Origin: Chthoniobacteraceae bacterium
GTDB lineage: Bacteria > Verrucomicrobiota > Verrucomicrobiia > Chthoniobacterales > Chthoniobacteraceae
Direction: 5' to 3'
Length of the DNA: 64,000 bases
Assembly: GCA_031409335.1 (NCBI GenBank)
Contig: JANNWY010000170.1
Coordinates: 64,001-128,000, forward strand
Of this stretch, positions 59,901-64,000 are shown piece after piece; the stretch's first letter is position 1; the number at the start of each line of letters is the position of its first letter. Under the pieces are notes generated by a model. It searched no databases, was not told the origin of the DNA, and was given only the letters and a program-made list of their open reading frames with translations. The position numbers and the translations under genes were made by a program.

Positions 59901-61787
59901 GGCTACGGCACGCTTTCGCTGCTAAATTCCACCGGCCTCTCCGCGACGACAACCCTTCAGTTCGAGCAGGGCACGCTCGATCTCCAGCCAGGCGCTCCGT
60001 CACTTCAGCTCGGAGCGATCGCGGGCCACGGCCACGGCAGCATCGTGGCCCGAAACGACACGGCAGCGCTCCAGGTCGATTTCGCCAGCCTCGACCGCGG
60101 CCCCGATGGTTCGGCGACTTTCCGCATCCTGGCGAGCAATGCCAGCCTCGGAGCCGCCCCCGGCCCCGGCGTGGCGAATCTCCGTTTCGGCCCGGGATTC
60201 TCCGCCCATCTCGTCGGCGACGCGGGCTTCACTCCGGTCATTCCTTTCATGTCGGCCACGGTCGGTGTCGGGGACAACGGCAACAACACGCTCCTGACCT
60301 ACGATCCGATGCTCGGTGTGCGCCTGCTCACCGACGCGGAATACAGCACGACACCAGTCGCGGGATCGAACTACCGAATCCCGGATGGCTTCACGACGAT
60401 CAATGACACGATCTCGGTCAACAGCTTGTCGGGCACGGCGAATGGCGGCTTTCTCAGCGGCTCCGGCCGTGTGCAAATCACAGGCGGAGTGATCGCCTCC
60501 AATAGCGCGGTCATCCAGATACCGATCGATTTTGGCTCGCAGCCGGGCCATGTGCTAGGCCGCGCGAGGATTCACGCTCCGATCAGCGGCACGGGAGGGC
60601 TGACGCTTTCCGGCGGCGAGATCGACCTTCGCGCCGTCAACACCTTCACGGGTCCGCTCGTCATCAATAGCGGCTACATCCGGTTTACGAGCCTGTCTGC
60701 TTTTGGCCCGGACCCAAGCCCGATCACCATCTACGGTTCCACCTTCAGTCAAGAGGGTGGCGGCCCGCTGAACTTCACCCGGCCACTGCGGCTCGCTGGT
60801 GGTGTGGTCACTTTGCAAGGCTCGTCCAATTCACAAATCCAAATCGGCGCGCCGATCTCCGGGCCGGGTGGAATCAGTCTGCAATTCTCAGGCACCACGA
60901 ACCTCACCGGAGCCAACAGCTACACCGGACCGACAATCCTGCGCACCGACGTCACGATCAATGGCGGCACCGCCTTTGGTCAAACCTCCAAGATCGACCT
61001 CGAAGGGGGAACGCTCCGCTCGACCGCACCGTGGACTCTCTCTCAGCCAGTGCACATGACCGGATTTTTCACCGTAAACACCGGCACCTTCGACGGAGCG
61101 CTACTCGGTCCGCTGAGTTCCAGCAGCGCCGGTCTTCAACTGACGAAAGCAGGCGCAGCTCGCCTGCACATCTCAGACGCCTCCGCATTTACCGGGACAT
61201 TGGTTGTGACCGAGGGAATGCTCGAACTCAACGGCCCGCTCGCCGGCGGCATCACCGTCCGCGGCGGTGCCACCTTGACCGGAAGCGGAGCCGTAAAAGG
61301 CACCGTCACGGTCGCTGGTACGCTCGATCCCGGCGAAGGCATCGGCGAATTCACCGCGGGCCTTTTGCAAATACAGGACAACGCCACCCTGCGGCTTTGG
61401 CTCGATTCCGCGATCACGTTCGATCGCGTCGTTTCCCTCAACGCGCCTTCGCTCGGCCGCAATATCACGCTCGATCTGCAAACCGCGCCCGGCTTTGACC
61501 CGGCAGACTACATCGATGAATTCGTCCTCATCGAAAATGAGAGCGCTTCGCCATTGTTGTTCTCTGGCGAATCGCCGCTCGTCTATGCCGGGAACGCGCT
61601 CTCGGAAGGCGAGATTTTTTCCACGCCCGGACAACTCTGGCGCATCAGTTACGCTGGCGGCACGGGCAATGACGTGACCGTGCGCGCTGTGCCGGAGCCA
61701 AGTGCGGGTGTGTTCAGCGCGCTGGGTTTCGCCATTTTTGCGGCACGCCGCCGACGTCGAGAAAACTGGAAGGCCGCCCGGCGCTAG
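50919..61787 (+). CDS. Giant (3622 aa) autotransporter-associated beta-strand repeat protein with PEP-CTERM
   Basis: Signal peptide; many TKSG.GTLTL..N.FTG repeats; super-repeats marked by NP.NGG at nt 53781, 56688 and 59187; ends ISY.GGTGNDV...VPEPSAGVFSALGFAIFAARRRR. Confidence 0.95.
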   Translation: MSRPRVFSSPQIVHRQRRSLTAAFAAALLAGQMAVAQEEVWIRESSGSWSDPVSWLDGSAPLPGGGAALTLRFAPPGSLTDSVATNNLAGAFSLNRLVFERNAANAFSLAGAAGASLRFTGVDPRIELRGTGDNFITLPVSLNPASGSAAIVGSGPGTLTISSTIATGAGVPLVIDTGASSPNAGIVRLSSAQTFTSGVVLKSGNLLLSSDTALGTGALTVQGGALSLQGFSLSLSNHIALESDLLLRPSPEAGSATLRGLISSTMPGAGVVLRTAGGTITFTAASTYNGATTLDYSRAPQSAASDGGTLSLSGSGSALQTSAFDIRAGSTLLLTGATAANRVGDSTPIHLRGGGVAVVSSNGAGVTHTETVGPLDGAGFSPVTLTAGTSVNTRLTAQSLARTERGTFLFRGTALGNAFGNGVSNLLFTTAPSLTGGGGAGPAISILPYAIGDTSAVGSGAGFVTYTPATGIRPLNSSTEYRTTLASAAAGENVRVTVAQTLTAAQTINALLIDNGSIGGSGTLTVASGAILHRSGFGIAAPLNFGGVEANIFAVGSFAINGAIAGSNGLTKSGAGTLTLGAANSFTGPLTINAGTIAFSAANRLGADVSAIVVNGHGAGLSYTGTSALDFSRPIETRTGLARLNASGTGDLTITTPITGAGGLQISTTAGRTITLPAGSTYTGTTHLGTSRVVIPGDSALGNGSALNLAGATLALAGPWTTAREIHVGSGVLDTAGFDATWSGTFTGTGAFEKRGAGTLRLTTASNYRSPISLTGGMLALSDSGALSASFTISGGAELQLDQSGMVVPDRLGDRSGITLSGGKLSLIGNATMAISERIGNLTLGSVQDHTVSLTSPGAASTVLRLAAGITFNGGNLILRAAQLGGEAGGVHQRVQVDSPVTLGGGVIPGVYAHTAPFGLGASFVVYDASTDAAGPIGLRPLRAGEYEDGPLLQNPANGGPTPMNANFLANTATVAAGESNTVGTLTLGPGGSVALANGQTLAISSGRVLGRAGGSSFTGGTLQFGARPAEFHAVGEMTVSSTVTGSAGLRKNGPGTLVFAGSIGYTGGTQVTDGVLRPGGGDPFADETVTINAPGVLDIGAGAFSVARLEGLGTVALGGGTLTLGVPGTDFVSSNAFSGTGRIAFADSANPKLRRTFFGASTFSGEVVLDGGELIVSGIGALGPSTWIVNGGAVSGWATISPRLVLHADLPIVGSLLTLGPGSSATGAHDVLLRAQGTLDVTGPLTLEGRLGTQFAPGDFFSPTVGSIVVGGAAGSVTTAAGLRMEAGGGLVLNNTDAPSPAGGRLGDTTPVHLGGGRLTLTSNAAANVTETFGALSSAGFSSVELQPTSTSGAVLQAASLLRVERGTFSFQSLGALGAAPGPNVGQFFATAAPALTGGGGTLTNTSIIPSAVGLGTSGWGLVTYGVQGVRPLTSAEYVTSIAATAATSNVQLTTSTGNAVNRTINALVLGGVTLSGPGRVTITSGTVVAAQNSVISAPLGFGTAEAQFFLMAPGDTEVSGAISGSGGLTRSGPGALTLSSTNTFTGPITINDGVLNFSTSAHLGAGLDPITLHGSGASLTFTGAASVTVARPVRLGGGVSQFAAFQSTGLLQMTGAISGPGGLRLTGSGAIRLSGANSYTGPTFLGATTMITSDAVFGESSTIAFVASLNPILRLAGNWTTSRRFAVPTSATIDTNGFDAVFDAPPIVAASATLTKLGAGAMRLRTPQQFDGSLTVAGGELRLEQNGVLGQVSGTVAPGGVLHLDNSGTAHNDRLPDTGFLYLNGGEIRLTGNSTTAVNERIGYLSVSANTTGTITLNPGGAVGTTLTLSTLTLSTLDQNTGKIRFRGDNLGGPAGSAFTRIVFATAPYFPGGLIPDALASASSNGAGATFAIYDYASDAAGVVGIRPLLEADYVTGPEIRNPANGGTTSVNARFRVTGPTTAGGVGNDLNLLRLSGPSAITLNPGQALSVASATVIADAGAAASISGGTLILPASPAQLLTNGNLSISSRVDAPALTKTGVGTLTIGHAAAWPGIFNLNQGKVVVAGGGALRFTALKMAGGTTLDFSQLPATVGSITGTGPITLAAGGNLTVQSLATTSTVSGPGGLTIASHAFLTTPVTFSGALVITAENKHPNFTPEVILSGSGTVLNAASVRIDAGTVLNLNNSGISISRLGVVPVELNGGGLIMTGGSNVVAQSLGTLTTRGFSTLTLYPVGAQTTFNFNGISRADRGTLHVSSNASFLGTGLMNFPPSASFGLVGAGTTTRNLRIVPFATGLGNSFYGIVPVTFESGNGIRPLEPNELSIDLITGDNVQIRDGALTNHATATVNSLTAQTDLLGTGTVTVTSGLVIGSGATRIENGLSFGAAEAILSSHQSSGSLTLSGPLNGSGGLTKSGTGTIVLPAMNNIAGTLTINAGALSFSNPAQIGPGTEPVVMHSGGLQWSGAGDLVFPRAIRLLAGGFGSIGSTDPAATLHLAQPITGTGGLNLTGRVVFDTARAYTGPTQISGTLLLGSDALLGASSQVRFNGGTLALTGPWNTGREVSVLPPGFFTSTIDTAGFDAIVSGSFFGGGFLTKIGAGNLTLGDAAGFSGQLIINSGKVILGNSGYSSSNRIHDSAVIRLAGGALEIPGDPVTTREIFADLTLAGGTVSRLRLTVPGAASQFLEAGVLRRETNAFAIVEADRLGESEGVFTRFVVTPSGPTPGILIPSIIIADTTGRPTGIAIYDGTIDEAGPVGLRAARPGEYASGAIIQNPENGGSTPATAHFRASGAVHAGPFPATVQTLTLEPATALSLPPVGRLSVGPALITLAGNAPSVISGGTLAFSSTSLIVAGHDLTIYSRIGDSPFQSGTLHKFGPAILNLHGTVTNQSVSVGEGAIRLAGGDPLAGASVSITAGATLDTASRAVTVGSLAGNGIIDLGINGLLSTKFTSTFSGSTRGNGSLRIGQHGFLASLTPAGSLRHAGPIVVDSGSLVLQGTGRLDGATSVRMAGYGTLSLLNSTGLSATTTLQFEQGTLDLQPGAPSLQLGAIAGHGHGSIVARNDTAALQVDFASLDRGPDGSATFRILASNASLGAAPGPGVANLRFGPGFSAHLVGDAGFTPVIPFMSATVGVGDNGNNTLLTYDPMLGVRLLTDAEYSTTPVAGSNYRIPDGFTTINDTISVNSLSGTANGGFLSGSGRVQITGGVIASNSAVIQIPIDFGSQPGHVLGRARIHAPISGTGGLTLSGGEIDLRAVNTFTGPLVINSGYIRFTSLSAFGPDPSPITIYGSTFSQEGGGPLNFTRPLRLAGGVVTLQGSSNSQIQIGAPISGPGGISLQFSGTTNLTGANSYTGPTILRTDVTINGGTAFGQTSKIDLEGGTLRSTAPWTLSQPVHMTGFFTVNTGTFDGALLGPLSSSSAGLQLTKAGAARLHISDASAFTGTLVVTEGMLELNGPLAGGITVRGGATLTGSGAVKGTVTVAGTLDPGEGIGEFTAGLLQIQDNATLRLWLDSAITFDRVVSLNAPSLGRNITLDLQTAPGFDPADYIDEFVLIENESASPLLFSGESPLVYAGNALSEGEIFSTPGQLWRISYAGGTGNDVTVRAVPEPSAGVFSALGFAIFAARRRRRENWKAARR

Positions 61788-62518
61788 CTCGCCCCGCCGA
61801 GAAACTTTTCCCACTCCGGTGGCAGCGGTGCCTTTTCCACTTCATCCGCGATGCGCCCCTCGAACGCGGGCTCAAACTGCGTGCTCGTGCCATAGACCAT
61901 GATCGCATCCGCCGACCCCTCCACGCGCAGCGCGTGTGCGACGCCGGCGGGGATCACGATGCCCGCGTTGTTCGCGCCGCGCGTGTCGTCGCCTTCGACG
62001 ATGAAACGCATCACCCGCCGCGGCAGCCCCGCGCGTTCATCCACCAGCAACATCTCCACGTTTCCCTGCACAAAAAACATCGCGTCCCACTGCTCGCGCG
62101 CATACGGGCGCAACGCGTAGTTTTCCGGCTCCTCGATGAAGAGCCGCCGGAACCAAGCCTCCGGCGTCGTCCCCTCCGGCAGATGCGGCGGGTGAATGTG
62201 AAAACCCTTCGCCGTGGTCGCGAACATCCGCGCCGTCGCCCACTGCTTCGGCCACAGGCCGATCGCCGCCAGCGCCCCATCGTCCTGCCGCGCAAACTCT
62301 CCGAAAAAACCGCGATGCCGCTGCGGAAAAATCCGCCGCCCAAAAATTTCGACCCCCGGAATCCATGCCTCCATCAGCTTCGCGCGCCCGGCGGCGACGA
62401 GTTCGCCGACCTCGACGCCAGAGGTCGCGAGCCGTTCGGCCAGCGAGTTCGCGGTGTAATCGCGCTGCGTGAGAAGCGCGCGCGCTTCGGGTTTTAGACA
62501 TTTCCAAGGATCGGACAT
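61784..62518 (-). CDS. RmlC-like (dTDP-4-dehydrorhamnose 3,5-epimerase family) cupin
   Basis: IPGV, RGFFGE, KGFHIH, L.DER, IPAGVAH. Start taken at ATG 62518. Confidence 0.75.
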   Translation of the reverse strand: MSDPWKCLKPEARALLTQRDYTANSLAERLATSGVEVGELVAAGRAKLMEAWIPGVEIFGRRIFPQRHRGFFGEFARQDDGALAAIGLWPKQWATARMFATTAKGFHIHPPHLPEGTTPEAWFRRLFIEEPENYALRPYAREQWDAMFFVQGNVEMLLVDERAGLPRRVMRFIVEGDDTRGANNAGIVIPAGVAHALRVEGSADAIMVYGTSTQFEPAFEGRIADEVEKAPLPPEWEKFLGGAS

Positions 62519-62568
62519 GGCGCGGAAAGTAGCCAGCCCACCCGGCGGGCCAAGCGGAAAGACGATCG

Positions 62569-63558
62569 CTAAACCTTCGCCGCAAGCTTGGTGATGCGCA
62601 GTTTGCCGTCGTGATGCGTCGTCGCGATCTGGACGCCATCGGGATGCACGCTCATCCCGCGCGCGGAATTCGGCAGCGGGAAAACGTGGAACGGTTTGTC
62701 TTCGCCCTCGTTCCAAAAAAGCAGCGCGCCTTTGCCGCCACCGATCGCCGCGACGAGAAAACCCTGCGCGTGATAGTGCATCGCCCAGATCCGCTCGTTT
62801 TTGTCCGCCTCCGTCAAATGCTGCCTTACCATTTTCGCCGTCTCCCAATCGAAACGCAGCGCCGTCGGCTCCTGCACATTGCCGAGCGGATTTGTGCCTT
62901 TGTGCAGGCCGCCCGCGACCAGCCACTTCGCGTCCGGGCTCAGCGCCAGCGCGCGCACCCCGCCGTAGTGGACCTGCTGCCCGCCTTCATAGACGTGCAG
63001 CGCCGCCGCGTCGAACTCCCGCACGAGCGCGCCGTCTGCGATGTTCGATTGGCGGATTTTTCCGTCGAGATCACCGGCGAGCAGCCACTGGCCGTTCGGG
63101 TGAAAAAGCAGGCTGTAGATGTCGCGCCCGGCTCCGGGAAATTCGCGCACTTTCGCGCCGTCGCTCACATTCCACAGCCGCGCGACGCGATCGTTCCCCC
63201 CGCTCGCGAGCAAGGCTCCATCAGGGCTCAGCGCCAGGCTGCGAATCCAACCATCGTGCGCTTTCACCTTCCGAATCGGCTCCGGCGCATCCGCCGCGGC
63301 GGGCCACCAGATGAGCTGATCGTCGCCCCCCGCGCTGATCAGCGTCTGGCCGTCGGCGGTGACTGCGAGGTCGAACATCCACGAGTCGTGCGCAGCGAAA
63401 GCCGTGCGTTTTCCACCCGCCAGTTCCCATCGGTAAATGGAGCGATTCTCCGCCGTGGCGAAAACGAATTTTCCCGTCGGATCGAAGCGGCACGCCATCA
63501 ACGGCGCGTCCGCCGCAAACTCACCCGCCGCGTGCGCCAGCTTGGGATCAGCGGGCAT
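62569..63558 (-). CDS. WD40 repeat protein
   Basis: AHDSWM..LA, SAGGD..L.WW, AHDGWIR.LA.SPDG..LASGGND..ARLWN. Confidence 0.88.
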   Translation of the reverse strand: MPADPKLAHAAGEFAADAPLMACRFDPTGKFVFATAENRSIYRWELAGGKRTAFAAHDSWMFDLAVTADGQTLISAGGDDQLIWWPAAADAPEPIRKVKAHDGWIRSLALSPDGALLASGGNDRVARLWNVSDGAKVREFPGAGRDIYSLLFHPNGQWLLAGDLDGKIRQSNIADGALVREFDAAALHVYEGGQQVHYGGVRALALSPDAKWLVAGGLHKGTNPLGNVQEPTALRFDWETAKMVRQHLTEADKNERIWAMHYHAQGFLVAAIGGGKGALLFWNEGEDKPFHVFPLPNSARGMSVHPDGVQIATTHHDGKLRITKLAAKV

Positions 63559-63850
63559 AGATCGGAATCCCGACCCGCTCGATGTGCGCACGCAATGCGT
63601 CGAGATGGATACCATCGAAACGTTGCACGTCGTAGCAATACGGCAGCGGCAACTCGCCCAGCTCGGCCGCAATTCCCTCCGCCTGCAAATCATTCAAGTC
63701 GCCCCAAAGCGCGAGATCGACATCGGATCGCGGTGTGTGCGTGCCCTTCGCGCGCGAGCCGAAAATCTTGACCGCGCTGATCTCGGAGTGTCGGCGAAAC
63801 ACTGAGCGCAGCAGTTCCATTTCTGCAGGTGCAAGCGGCGCTGGATTCAT
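63548..63850 (-). CDS. Minimal nucleotidyltransferase (MNT) antitoxin
   Basis: IFGSRAKG....SDVDLA, LPY..DV, L..HI...G. Confidence 0.9.
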   Translation of the reverse strand: MNPAPLAPAEMELLRSVFRRHSEISAVKIFGSRAKGTHTPRSDVDLALWGDLNDLQAEGIAAELGELPLPYCYDVQRFDGIHLDALRAHIERVGIPIYAR

Positions 63851-64000
63851 GCGTTTTGATGGCTTGCGAAGTAGGCGTGCAACTGCTCGATCGCCGGAAG
63901 ATAGCGCTGCGCCAGCGCCTCCACCGCTTCTCCAAATACGGCGCAGTTGTAGGTGTGCGAAAGCAGGTTGCGATGATTGAGCATGTCGATCCAGACCTGC
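63847..64000 (-). CDS. HEPN toxin / HI0074-type nucleotidyltransferase substrate-binding protein (5'-truncated)
   Basis: QVWIDMLNHRNLLSHTYNCAVFGEAVEALAQRYLPAIEQLHAYFASHQNA* carries the R-x4-H HEPN motif; ATGA overlap with the MNT gene. Confidence 0.88.
   Translation of the reverse strand, partial: QVWIDMLNHRNLLSHTYNCAVFGEAVEALAQRYLPAIEQLHAYFASHQNA

Noticed and set aside
50919..61787. Classical type V autotransporter
   Set aside because: No C-terminal beta-barrel ending in an aromatic residue; it ends in a PEP-CTERM signal instead.

Overview
High-GC bacterial chromosome segment, most consistent with Verrucomicrobia (Chthoniobacter/Spartobacteria-like). The lineage call is inference from PEP-CTERM proteins, giant autotransporter-associated beta-strand repeat proteins, a PVC-type CxxCH heme protein, hexamer-based hairpin repeats and hpnH. 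Most of the window is housekeeping or envelope genes: uvrB, typA, ispD, mscL, pepP, apaG, ygfZ-like, three PPIases and tRNA-Tyr. Near its two ends are two paralogous giant surface proteins that differ by one ~965-aa super-repeat. A collapsed ~125-bp relic of a third paralogue sits at ~7.83-7.96 kb. The strongest candidate for an undescribed system is the accessory cluster at 23.3-30.4 kb. It has an orphan atypical NarL/LuxR regulator divergent from a fungal-type vanadium chloroperoxidase, a trypsin/Nal1-like protease fused to an EndoG/NucA nuclease, an AT-richer lipoprotein plus secreted trypsin zymogen cassette, a protease C-terminal remnant and a small protein resembling the protease N-domain. 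Three small toxin-antitoxin-like modules are present: an NTase pair with a nonsense codon, antitoxin-RelE plus a HigA-like piece, and HEPN-MNT. An unannotated 52-aa highly basic protein is also present. No CRISPR array, integrase, transposase or reverse transcriptase was seen. All family assignments come from motif recognition, not database searches.
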